NCBI GenBank assembly: GCA_002104905.1
Contig: MCFE01000521.1
Span: forward strand, 1 to 63,062
Direction of reading: 5' to 3'
DNA length: 63,062 bases
Source of the DNA: Basidiobolus meristosporus CBS 931.73
Taxonomy: Eukaryota > Fungi > Basidiobolomycota
Of the stretch, positions 26,201 to 38,619 are shown in pieces. The notes below the pieces were generated by a model, which did not search any database, was not told the origin of the DNA, and saw only the letters and a program-made list of their open reading frames with translations. The number at the start of each line of letters is the position of its first letter. Positions within the stretch are counted from its first letter, which is position 1. Both the position numbers and the translations under genes were made by a program.

Positions 26201-28425
26201 TCTTGCAATTCAATGTTCTTGGTGATTGTGTGAGACCCTATAGAGATCCTTTAAGCTTGCAGACCAAATGGAGCTTATCCTGGAGAGCAAACCCATTGGG
26301 CTGGCCTATGTACACATACTTATCCGGTTCTCATTCAAAAATGCAGCTTTCCCATCCATTTGATGTATAAATAGGCTTATATTTGTTTCAATAGCCAATA
26401 ATAATCTGATGGAATCAACTTGACTACCAGAGCAAAGTTCCATGTATAATCAAGTCCCTTTTATGTCATTATACTTTGGTCACAAGTCTTGCTTTACCTC
26501 TTTCATGAAACCATCAGCTTTCCTTTTTTTTCAAGACCCATCTGCAGCCAATTAATTTTGGTTGATTGGTAATATGACTAATTCACAAGTTTGATTTTCC
26601 ATCAGGGGCCTAATACTTCTCAGTCATTACAGATCTCTCTAACTTTGTCTGAGGACTATCTAGGAGCTTCTTTACAGTCTGGGACTCATCAATTTAGAAT
26701 GAATATTGATCTGGCACTATGTGGCACTATCCAGTCAAACAAGTCTATTGAGTAAAAAGTTCTTTTTGGTGTGGAAAGTGTTGAGAGGCTCCAGAGTCAA
26801 TATACCACATCCGAGAATTCTTATTTGAGGTCATATCCAGCACAGGTACAAATAGTCTATCTTCAATTGCTGCTGCATTTTCATATTCATGTTTCTTCTG
26901 CTGACTAACTCTCACTGTGAAGCACTGGTCTGACACATGTCCTTTCCTTTTGCAGTAGTTGCAAAACAGTTTGCTATTGCCTTTGAAGAAACTTGGGTAT
27001 TGCTTTTGTTGGTCATCATAGGTTAATAAAGCGTTTCTTTTTCCTTCTTATTGGCACTTAATTCTCTTAATTTTTTACCCAGGAGTCTTCCATATATGCA
27101 ACTCAAGGATAAATCCTCATGTCTGGACTCTAGGGCTGATACAAGGCCCTTAAACCTGTCTATCAGACTACTCATGATGGTAACTATCACCTCCTTATTG
27201 TTAGTTAGTATGCCCACTGATTACAACTCATCCATCAGCAGGATAACTCTGCTAATTAGATTATTCATCACTTCTCCAGGCAGAATTCTGTGGCAAAGTG
27301 TTTTTGTCTAAGATACATTTTCTAAGCCGCTGAGCATAGCTGATAGGTTTCTTTTAATGCCTTCCAGATATTCTTTACTGTGTTTGCTCTTTAGCATTGA
27401 ATTAGTTACTTGTTTTTGGCATTAAGGCAAATACAATCAATGGCCTGTATTCTTTCTTCCAGTACATTAGGGATTTCTCTACAACTCTCTCAGGAGGGAA
27501 TTCTTCTGCCAGGACAATATAAAAAAGTCCTCTTTCTTGTGGCAGCATCCTCATCTTCACCTTCCACATCTGGCAGTTGGATCCATCCAACTCTTCAGCA
27601 GAGGGGATGTTCCAGTAACCACAATAGTAGACATTGCAGAGAGTGAGAGCTTGGGGCTCATAACCTGTTGTAAGAGTCTTGGATATATTGGAAGTGGTTG
27701 GGAAAACAAGTAGATTATGTGGCTTTCCCTTATTGATAAATGAATGTAAAAGCACTATTTATACTTTACATGGTCTTGGCATAGCAAGTATATAGAATGG
27801 ACTTAGGAAGGTCCAAAAATATGTGTGCAAGGTTTGGGCTGTTTGGACAACTTTTGGAATTTTCATGTTCTGGATACCTGATATTCTGGTGAAATATTCA
27901 GAGCAAGTCTCAACATAGAATTTGGTCAGTATTCTCTAGGATTTGTAGGTAATGATCTGAGTGACTAAGTTAAGTGATCATTTAGGTGGAATTACAAATA
28001 TTTATTTCACTAATGCCTTTCAGGTATTTTGATGTTTTTGTTTCTGAGCCTTGAATTAGCAGTTTGCCATTGACATTAAGGCAAATGCAGTTAGAGGCAC
28101 TTGGTTTCTTCTGGTACTTTGAGGCATCCTCTATTACATATTTGAAGGGGCCTTCTTTCCCCATATTATTATCTCAGTCACCTCTTTCCTGTATTAGTAA
28201 CTTCATGCTAACCTTCCACACTTGGTAGTTAGATCCAGTAAACTTTTCAGCAGAGAGGAAAATTTAAGTAGCAGCAGTAGTAGAGGTCTCATAGAGTGAC
28301 AGCCTTGAGCTTGTAGCCTGTAGTAATTGTCTTAGGGACACTGGAAGTGATTGAAACAGCAAGTTGATTATGTAGCATTTACTTAATGATTATTGTATGT
28401 AAAAGTAGTATTTATACTATATTTA
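26200..28425 (-). mobile_element. Copia A fragments (RT, protease, gag, PBS at about 27652-27662, LTRs)
   Basis: WYIDSGASQH, PBS GGTTATGAGCCC, LTR homology. Confidence 0.8.
26706..26746 (-). mobile_element. Solo PHIS-family terminus
   Basis: TGGCACTATGTGGCACTATCCAGTCAAACAAGTCT followed by ATT. Confidence 0.75.
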
Positions 28426-28431
28426 ATTATT

Positions 28432-28807
28432 TGCCCTAAAGTAAGATCCATACAAAGCATTTATAGCGCCAGATAGTACCAGTGGACCAAGATAGTGCCA
28501 TGCATTTTTGTGACATGTTACAAGCCACAGGAGCTAGATTCAGAGTGCCATGGGTATTGAGCACCTAATGCATGACTTCAATCCTTTTGTGCTCTTACAC
28601 ATACTGCACAAAACTGACCTAAAAAAAAGATCAAAAAATGGATTTTCTCCAACACAATGGGTGAAACACAGGGGCAGCTTTGCATGAAGATGCAGAGCTA
28701 TGTATCACACTCTGTGGCCAAGTATAGGCTTACCTGGCCCCTCTGGCAAACTAGGGCATTATTTGGCACTCATGGCTCAATGTGGCACTATACAATGGAA
28801 CAAGTCT
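28432..28807. mobile_element. Half copy (spacer plus one arm) of the foldback element
   Basis: Collinear with about 11320-11695. Ends in GAACAAGTCT and is flanked by AGT. Confidence 0.85.
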
Positions 28808-28828
28808 AGTGAGTAAGAAGTTGTAAGT

Positions 28829-29957
28829 ATGATCTACCATGATATCCTTATGAAGTTTGGATGCCCTGTAGAGATTCTATCCAACAGAGGAGCAAACTTT
28901 ATGGCAAAGACATTGGAAGCTTACCTGGAAGTGCAGCACATCAGACACTTGAAAACCTCTGGATATCACCCTACAGCTAATGGAGTCACTGAGCAGTATA
29001 ATGGATTATTTGGAAAAATGCTGACCAAGTATGCATATGGAGCTGTCAGTAGATGGGATGGGTATATAGAGCAAGCATTCTTTGCATGCAGAGTCAGAGT
29101 ACACAACACCACCCAACAATTGCCATTTTACTTAGTGTATGGATGTGAGCCAAGGATTCCAGGAGATCTCACAAAACCAAACCTTACAGTTACCTTAGAA
29201 GATAAACTCAGTCAGCAAAGTAAACACTAGAAGCTGGAACAAAGATGTCAAGGGGCACAGACCAAAGTAGCTCAAAGTGCAGAAAAGATGAAGCAGAGAT
29301 TTGATAAGATTATAGCACCGGAAGCATTGACAGTTGGAAACTTTGTATTGCTAAAAAACATCACTTGGGAGAAGTTTGAGCCACAATGGGCAAAACCATC
29401 CAAGATCATGAGAGAATGTCCATTTGCAACTTACCAACTAGTGGACAAACAAGGCAATATCTGGGAAGACTTAGTGCATAGGGACAGACTCAAGCTTGAA
29501 AGACTTGCTGATAATACCAAACCGTCAAGATATTGGTATCACAAGAAAAGAGATTCAGGAGAACCCTCTCAACTTTAGCAGGGGAGAATGTTATGATCTG
29601 CTGCTTGGAAGTTTAAGTTAGATCAGCTTTTAGTCAAATCAATTAGTTATATGTTTAGCCTATCAGTATATCAGTATTATCTATGAAATCAGTAGCATTA
29701 GTCAGCATATGAATCAGCAGATCCTTATCAGACAGAAATAGATATATTAGGTGGGATCTTATTGGGTGATAATGATGCAATCAAGTGAGTCATCAGCCAC
29801 AGCCTACATTAGGAAATACAATTAGTCAGCAATTGATCTGGCAAAATGTATATAAGGAGCTGTTGGAATCTTAATAAAGTTCAGTTCAAGATTTAATGAA
29901 TACAATACTAGCTATACTCCCTATTCCTCTACAACTCTTACACCAAGATTTGTAACA
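28829..29957 (+). mobile_element. Ty3/Gypsy integrase, PPT and 3' LTR (29589-29957)
   Basis: ILSNRGANF, GYHPTANGVTEQYN, PFYLVYG. LTR TGTTA...TAACA after a purine tract. Confidence 0.88.
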
Positions 29958-30099
29958 ATAGTCCACTTACTAGCCTATGATGTGATATTCAGAAGGTATT
30001 CTGCTGGCCTTTTCTTAATTCTTTCCAAGAGAGTAAAACCAAGCCTCTGGTATTGGTTTCACACTGCTTCTGTAAATATTACATAAACTGCTCAGATAA

Positions 30100-30420
30100 A
30101 AAACTATGACCAACTATGTAATAACCTTAACATATATTTGCACCTACCACAACTAACATACTTCTATATCCTCCACATTCAGGCTTTTTAGTGTGATATT
30201 TGCAGAGTAACTGTATGCCTTGTATTGCTGGTAATATTTACTTTGGGCAAACCTATGTTTGGTTGTTATTGCTTTTGCTATGCACACCTCCCAGATATCA
30301 ATTGGAAACTGGAGATATGTTAGACACAGGGTATCTGTTGGAGCAAAAGCTTTCCACTGGGAGCAATGCATTTGCTTTTCAACAATATCCCTATACTGAT
30401 GACCAAGTTGTACATGGGCT
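30100..30420 (-). mobile_element. CACTA/EnSpm-like relic (inverted second copy)
   Basis: Homologous to about 31200-31450 on the opposite strand. Confidence 0.55.
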
Positions 30421-30429
30421 TTGAAGCTA

Positions 30430-31760
30430 AATGAGCCCTTCAAGATACCAGAGATATTTGAAAGAATTTGCAAGATATTACAGAGTATCCGCTACCTTAA
30501 GTACTTCTCACAGGCTCCAATTAATATTCATACACAAATGCAACAATAAAAATGCAAAGATTGGATGAGCTGGATATGTATTTATTCTAGTGGTGTTCTG
30601 CAGCCATTCCTACCAAGAGTACATTGGAAGCATTGGGAGTCATATGTGGACTTTGTAGGAGTATTTATCCATCAGCAGATCATCAATACCAACTTGACGC
30701 ATCCACAGCTGTTGTGCAAGGAGTTTTTGATAAGATTTGAGCAGTCTACTACAAACATTAAGCTGAACGCGTAGATCTCTGCCGCTACTGTATCCATTCT
30801 TTACTCCCTCTGGCACAGTGTGTGGAGAATATTGGGCTTTGCTTCACCTTTGGGAAGTTTTCTATGGAGCAGATGTGTGGGGAGATAGGAAAACAAGTCA
30901 AGTTGCAGGTACTACCTTATCCCAATCTCATCAAGAATATTACTTTCAGATCCATCATGGATGTGGTGAGTTGGCACATGGAGGACAGCCAGAAAGAGTT
31001 GGAAAATACTGAGGACAAATGTGCACATGGAGACACCTATGCCTATAGCATTAAGAAGCTAAGCAGCTTCAATGCATGGATAATCAGTTAAGTAATGCAA
31101 AGTTGGGTTTGGTGCCACAAGCAGCTAATTTTTATCAGGAAAACTCTACCAAAGTAAGCTGGGTTTCTGTTGGTCACTGGCCAATATCTCCACCTTTCAG
31201 CACAGAATTCACTCAAACAAAAGCCAGAGCGCACCCATAAGGGGGACTAGAATCCATCAGGGAGAAGGAATATATTGGCTAAATACCAAAAGTTCCTTGT
31301 GGATATTTCAGAGGTAGTCATGGCAGAAGTGGTGGCAACCAAGCATATGTTTGCAAGATCTATATGTTGTCAGAAATACAAGGTATATAGCAACATTACA
31401 AGTATAACACTAAAAGCCATTACGCTGAGGTGATAGAAGTATGTCAAATGCAGCAAGTGTGCATTTTTGTAGAGGTTAGTACACAGGAGGCCATAGTTTT
31501 TTTTAATTTGGACTAGATGTGGGATACACAAGGTGGTAGTGAGTAAGCCACTAAAGAGGGTTGATTCTACAGAGGAATATAATATGGCACAAGGGGAGGT
31601 AGAAAAAGGAAATACCACAAGGCAATTAGCTGTAAGCCCCCATTCTGCTGTAATAATAGCATAGAGGCTTGCAATAAGGTCATCAAGACACTGTCAAGTT
31701 TTTTGCCATATAAGGCAATTGAATGTCCTGGCCAGTAAGTGTTGTTGTGTGAGTTTCCTT
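30430..31760 (+). mobile_element. CACTA/EnSpm (Tnp2-type) transposase relic
   Basis: WMSW..YS..L..FLP..HWKHW, then YY...RVDLCRYCIHSLL.LA..VENIG.C..F.KFSME.MCG.IGK.VK....PY.NL, resembling the fungal Tnp2 C-terminal motif (recalled). Confidence 0.7.
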
Positions 31761-31829
31761 GCACATATCATTTATACCTATATCAACTAAAATCTCCTCT
31801 AATAAACTTTATATGAATCTTGTGTCTTC

Positions 31830-32600
31830 CACTATCCTTGTCCTGATAGTTGTTTAATCACACTTTGGTTTCAGATGTGCTGGTGCTGTGTTGCTGATTG
31901 TCTTATTGTTCAGGTTGAAGGTGTACTTTGGCCTGTGATCCAAACTAATAACAGTGCAAGGGCCAATCCATTGGGGTGTAAGTCATGGGCAAAACTGGAG
32001 GCTTGCAATGGCTTGGTTGTACCACACTTTATTGCCTGGTTTCCACTTTTGTCCCATTAGTGTCTCATTTTTGGGTGGAGGGTAAGGTGCTTGTCAACAT
32101 TTTTGAATACTTTATGTATAGGTGGGCAATATGGTGTATCAACCTTTCTACATAGTCATCATGTATCATCAAGGGGACACCTTCTATTGTCAATCCAGCT
32201 TCTTGAAGCCATTGGGCCTTTGTCCATACTGAACTTTCTATGGGGAGAAACCTGTTGTTTAATTTGGTTTTGTACGCATTGCTAGAAGTGTCAGTGGGAG
32301 CAGCTTGGCCCATGATTGGGGAAGTTCCCAGTGGATCTTCTCTAGTATGTGGCAACATACCTGGTTCATCCTCTTGGTTAATCTGTTGGTCTGGGGGTGA
32401 TATACAGCCATGAAGACCTGTTTCATTCCCATCATTTCACACATATGGGCCACAGTGTTGTTCAGGAAGGAACCACCACTGTCAGACAGGAGTGTCTAAG
32501 GATATCTGTGCTGGCAGATGAGGTGTTCTACAATGAATTGGGTGGTTGTCTTCTGGTCTTTATTTTGGACAGCTTGGGCTTCTACCCAATTTGTGAAATA
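31830..32600 (-). mobile_element. Ty3/Gypsy integrase relic
   Basis: YHPQTN.LT.RMNQ...W..LLP..LLAMRTKP and a W.GP motif. Confidence 0.75.
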
Positions 32601-32616
32601 ACTGGTAGCAATTATT

Positions 32617-33716
32617 AGACTTTTTCTGTTGGATAGTGCCACATAGTGCCAGCCTGCTTATAGTGCTGGATCAATCTGGCACTATCTAGCACTATAATTT
32701 CTACCATAATGCCAGTGGTAGGATACAGTTACTGGTAATTTTACTCAATCTTACTTATGTTGCTCAGAGTGGTTCTTTCCTTGCTTTATTTACTCTTCAT
32801 AATGCTCCAGACACATTTCTCCCAGTGGATGTCTTCTTGTATGAATATACTTTGCATTGATGAGTATCTTAACTATTTTACCTGTTCTGCTGCTTTCTCC
32901 TATATTTGACTTTCTTCTGTATTTACTTGCCAATGAGCTGAATCTCTTTGGATATCCAAATGTATGCTCTACCCTCACTCTGAAATGATTAAATATCTCA
33001 TTTCAGAGCTTCTGCTTCCTGCTAAGCACACCATTCCTTGGCTTCCTATAAGCTGTAATACATCCTAATCTCTGACAATCCTGTCTTATATAAGCCAAGT
33101 CTGCCATACATTTCTCCCCTCTACTGAATTCTGGATGATTTGCTACCCAGAGTGCTTTGTCATGCCTACTTCCGGCAAACAGCCCACTAGACCAGATAGT
33201 GTTACCCTCAATGTCAGACAGTACTTGAAACTACACATAGTGTGCCTTGTACCTGCCAGAATAAAAGTGCCTCTGCACTCTAGAAGGTCTGTTAATCTTG
33301 ACTGGGAAGATATCCAAAATACTCCTTATATAGAACCTGTTGCTGAACACTCTGGCATATGGAAGTCTATTGGAGCGTCTGAACCTAGTACTCCAAGCTT
33401 GCTCTAAATCATTCATACCCTCTGCAAGATGGTTCTCCATTGTTGTCAGCTGGGAATGAAAGCATCCAGGACTTTGGTTGCCATGGATGGTGGGATGAAA
33501 CCTTGTAGGGCAATAGTTCTTGTAATAGCTTAACAAGGGATCTCCTTGAGTAGATTTGGGTAGATGGACCAAAGTACTTGGTATAGATTTACTGTAGTGT
33601 GTCAAAGGGGAATCCAGTGGTAGTGATGGGATTGATGAGAAATGACCATTTGGATGAGTAAGTGATATTAAAATTGGTGGAGGATTGGGCTGAGGTGATT
33701 TGAATTTATTTGGCAC
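32617..33716 (-). mobile_element. PHIS-superfamily (DDE_Tnp_4-like) transposase relic with one intact terminus
   Basis: One frame reads ILDIFPVKINRP..QRHFYSGRYKAHYV*FQVLSDIEG....SGLFAGSRHD...MADLAY....AYRKPRNGVLSRKQKL*NEIFNHFRVRVEHTFG to a stop at 32790. Terminus AGACTTtTTCTGTTGGATAGTGCCACAT at 32617, preceded by ATT. Confidence 0.85.
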
Positions 33717-34389
33717 AATCAGCTTTATTTATCTGATTATCCATGCATTATGATTAAATTGTGTCAATTGCCATGTATCCCATCATTATGTTGCAAAATT
33801 ATCCTCCAACAATGCCTGGGTATTTTTATTGATGTTTTACTCACAAATCTATAATCACATAGGAAATCTGCAATTGATGTGATCTAATCCGTGTCAATGC
33901 AATCCAAGATGCATCATGCATAATATATGGAAAATTCAACAATCACATTAGTTTTAATATGTATTTCATGCAAGACCAGATTGATGCCAATACACCACTG
34001 TATAAGTATCCAAATCTATCACTACAGTCCCTATACCAAGTCTCAACTCATCTTTAGTTCAACCCAGACAAAACCCATCACCCAGCTCACAAGCACAATC
34101 TGGATGGGAAAAGGTGATGTCAGGTCTGTTTGAGTTCTTGCCAAATGATTTCAGTAGGGCCCAAGTGTCTATGGTGAGCCTTCATACAGATATTTGGGCA
34201 CTACTCATTAATCTGGCAGAACTAGATACCTTGGAGAATCAACAGAGATGGATGAACCTGAGTAGAAAGCTGTGGCATGAGTTCTACATCAAGATGCCAG
34301 CAGATGTATGTAAGAAGATATATAACAAGACAAGTATTGAGATCAGGAATGGGCTGAGAGTAAGGGGATATGATGAGGAAGCCATGCAG

Positions 34390-35520
34390 GAATGATTTTC
34401 CACACAATTTGCCCAGTACGGAGCAAAACTATCAGAACCTGCCAAACTGCTCAAAACAACACAAGTCCATTGGAGCGGGCCAAGTTGCATCAACAAGCAG
34501 CATCACATTGTACTCAGCCAAGGGCCATGCCAGTGCATCAGGTCACATCTGCATGTGCCTTTACACCTGACCATAAGCAAGTTTCTTCTGGTGAAGTGAC
34601 TGATGATGACCGACATGAAGTGCCTCCCCAACTTAAGCCTTTGGTAAGGAAAGGAACGCATTAGCATGTAGCACTCCAGGCCAGCTCAATTGCATCATCT
34701 GGAGCAATTCAGCACAGCCAAGCTGCAGCATTGCACTCATCAACTAGGAGGCAAAATACTGACTACAAATACACAAGTAGCCAACAGGATAGTCAACAAG
34801 AAAGTAGTTTAGGTGTGCAAAGTGAATCACTACTAAGTGCTTCAGTAGTAATCCCAGTGAGAAAAAAGCCTAGGAGAAGATGATGCAATTGCATTGAATT
34901 GCTATTATTTATAATGATCCAAACAACACATTTTTTTTTGCAATCTGCATCAAGCCATTGCAAATCAATGATCACTAAATTTTTGATATAAGCAATATCA
35001 AGGTTGTCTCACATGTGAGACAGGACCCCTGTCAATAAACACCCTGCATGTATATACATCCTCTGTGGCACCAGTGCAACCATTTGATCTGATTTGCACC
35101 CATATGATTGGCTGCATGCTAGCTATGACCCCTTGTCCAATCACTAGGATCATGGATTTACTTGCTTAATGGGCAAAATGGGATATTTGAAGGCAAATCA
35201 GGTAGCTTGAGTATTGGTCAAAGAGCCAATTGGGGGCTGACAGCTTCTGGATACTTTTGGACCAATTCACCACTGAGATACCATTCAATTGCAGTGATGG
35301 CAACCAGAATAGTAAGTATTGGTAAAGTTTATTGTGTGATATGCACTTATTTCCATTTACATTAAAGAAACATATCCAAATACCAGATTTTACCTACCAT
35401 AATAGTGGTATCCAATTGCGCATGTGATGCAAACATGACAAGTGGGCTCAATCATTTGTGCCAACCTCATTGTGTCAGATTGTGCCATAGTGTGCACAAT
35501 TGTCACACATGTGCAAGTCC
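34390..35520. repeat. Unclassified dispersed repeat (partner of 25040-26200)
   Basis: Inverted DNA homology to 25040-26200. Confidence 0.7.
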
Positions 35521-35678
35521 CACAGGGTACTTCCCTCTTCATTTAAAGCAGATTACATCCTTGTAGCCATTGCTGACATATACTTGGCAAACATGGTGCA
35601 AGTCCCACAGGGTACTTCCCTCTTCATTTAAAGCAGATTACATCCTTGTAGCCATTGCTGATGTGTACTTGGCAAACA
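35511..35678. repeat. Tandem duplication, 85-bp period, two copies
   Basis: GTGCAAGTCCCACAGGG...TTGGCAAACA starts at 35511 and at 35596, with 3 transition differences over the 83 aligned bases. Confidence 0.92.
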
Positions 35679-35679
35679 G

Positions 35680-35800
35680 GACAGCAACTGAAGAAGGCTG
35701 CATCCTGGTGTATCTTGCTAGTGTGATGAATTATTTTGAGGTTGTATTCTTGTAGTTGGAGGGCCCAATGTGCTAGTCAACTGGTATAGTGAGGTCACAG
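35680..35800 (-). mobile_element. Ty3/Gypsy RNase H end fragment
   Basis: WALQLQEYNLKIIH. Confidence 0.65.
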
Positions 35801-36954
35801 TGACAACTACTGACAGATGTTCTCATTCCCATTTTTTCTACTTCTCTATATCTCTACTACACTTATTTTAGTTTTATCCCATTTGTCTTACCTAATCAGT
35901 ACTATCCCATTGGCTGGTTAACTATCACACCTGCTTACCTTATTGCATGAGTTATCCCTCACTTTATGTAAGATTACAAGCTGTAAGTGCTTCTAAATTA
36001 GACAAGTACCCACGCCAGTGCCCATGACACATGATCAACCCATGTCACCATCCCTACCATTTTCATTCCATGAATGGTATCCCTACATTTCACAGGCATC
36101 ATAATACTGACTCCTGATTGGTTGGATGTGCTGTGCCCTTAGAACCTTCTGGCACCTACTTAGAATACTCTTAGCTCATTCTGATGTTATTAAGAGTTCT
36201 ATTGATCTCTGGAACCTTCTGGAACACCATGATTAGTAATCACTTAGCCAGTGAGAAAAGTATACAAGGTAGGCTATCCCTCAACAACAAATTATCATCC
36301 CTTTTATCAGTATACCAACCTGTTGATTAGCGTGATCACTGCTACCTGCTGCTACCTGAGCTTCCAATCCCAGACCACAGGACACTCCCAGGAAACCGTG
36401 CTGACAGCCAACTGACCTTGGAGGCACTACTAGTGAGGATTACTCTGAGTAGGTATCTTTTATTTTATTTGGTTCTTTCCCTCACTTGTTCTTGTACAGG
36501 CAAAGATACCTTTCTGTCTTTGTAACTACTGATCACAGCTGCATTCTTATCAAGTCCCTGCTGGTGGAGTTTACAGCTGTTTTGACTTTGGAAGCTTTAG
36601 TACATTGTAATCTCAGAGGATGCTGAACCCAGCACATACTTTTGTTAAGATGCCAACTAAGTTGAGGATTGTAGCTCAATAGTTTTCTCTTGACAAGCTT
36701 ATGGCTTAATTCCCCATCACATTAGATTAGAGACAGAACCCAAGTATTCCTAGCAAGCTTTTGCCAGAGGTTACTGCACCAGTGAACACCCCACACACAA
36801 AACACTGGAGAAGTGTTGGACGTATCTCTCCCTTGGACTTTTAAACCACCACACCTGTAAAGTTATTAGTTTTCATCAACCAGTCCAATGTGCTGTGGTC
36901 CATTACAATTGTGAATCAGCAACTATTTATGTATGTATGGAATTGTTTAATTCA

Positions 36955-38512
36955 CTACACAACAGACAGACATTCTATCTTGGTAATGGGGTAGTGATGT
37001 TTGTGTTTGTTTAGTAAACAGCTCACGTAACCAATTGGGTAGAATTTGCCAGGTTGGTGGTATTGTCCCAGTATGGTGCCTATACCAGTGAGACTTCTAT
37101 CACAGTTAATAAAAGATCTTGCATCCCAATTGGGAAAATGTAACACTGGCGGTGACATTAGAGAATGTTTCAGCTGATCAAATGCTCTCTTTTGAGGCTC
37201 CAACCATACAAAACACTGGCCTTTTTATGTCAATTTGTACAGGGGGGCTGCTATTGTTGCAAAGTTTTTGACAAATTGACAATAGTAACCGGCAAATCCT
37301 AGGAATTCCTACACTGCATTAATATCCTTTTGTGTGGGTGTATCTTGAATGGCTTTTAGGAGTGAAGTAGATGGGTATATCCTATCTTCCAAGATCTTGT
37401 GGCCCAGGAACAACAATTTTGTATACAGGAATTGGCACATCTTGGGATGTAGTTTGAGTTGATTTTCAAGGAGGGCTGTCAGGATACATTGCGCCTCATG
37501 TATTTATTCTTCTACATTGGTGGAATATATTGGATGTTGTCCAGATACACAAGAGCATATACCCACTGCAAATTTCCTAGCACCTTGTCAATCATTCTTT
37601 GGAATGCAGTGGGGGCATTGCACAAGCCAAAGGGTAGTTGGTTCCATTTGTATAATCCAAACAATGTTATAAAAGTGGTTGTGGGTTGATCTTCCAGGGC
37701 TACTTCTACTTGCCAATACCTGAAGATTAAGTCTACTGAGCTAAAATATTTAGCTCTGATTAATCTGTCCAAGAGGTCATCTATTTACAGTAGCAGATAC
37801 ATGTCCTTCCAGGTGAGGGTATTCAATTTTTGGTAGTCAATGCAAAAGTGTTGCTTTCTGTCTTTCTTTAGGACTATCACCACAGGGGAGGCCCACAAAG
37901 ACTGGCTCTCAGTAATGATATTGTCTTTTAATTAGGTTTCAACTGTCTCTTTGATATAGTCCATGTCAATTTCTGAGTTCCTATAGGCTTTTTGCATGAT
38001 GGGGTATTTGTTGGCAAGGTGGATTTGGTGATATACCCAGGTATGTGACCAATTACTTGGTTCTTAGAGAATACTTGGGCAAGCAGGTGTATTCCTTCTA
38101 GGAACTTGTCTTGTAATGCAGGCAGTAGACTGGGGTCCACATCTAGTTTGGGGAGTGCTTCTTCTGGTTCCTTGTTTGTAGATGGTCCTTGGTTGTTTCC
38201 ATCAACTTCCTCTAGGTTTAACAATGGCACTCCTCTAGGTAATGTCACCATGTGTTGCCTGTTGTTAACCACTAAGCACTTCAGACTTTGTGCTTCAAAT
38301 TTTGGCAGTATCCATACTTTAGGGATTAAGATTCCTTCCAGTTGCTTGGATGCCTTTGCTGCGGTTATCATTCTTCTGCTTGTCAAATAAGCTATTGGTG
38401 TCTCTAATGAGATCACTGTCTCACTGGCTGGTGGTATTTTTATCACCTTATGTGTGAGGATTGGAGACTGCAATGGTTTCACCTCTTCAATTGTCACACT
38501 GTTGCTATGCAC
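36955..38512 (-). mobile_element. Ty3/Gypsy pol relic (RT-RNase H)
   Basis: YWQV...TTFIT.FGLY.W..LPFGLCNAPTAFQR...VYLDN; RH AFDQLK..L.SPPVL.FP. Confidence 0.88.
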
Positions 38513-38619
38513 CTTGCTCTCATTGATGATATGAATCAGTGGGAGACTGTTGTATCCAAGAGAAAAGTGTAATAAAACTCTTGAATGAGTTAACTGAACC
38601 TAAGTGACAACTAAGTGCA

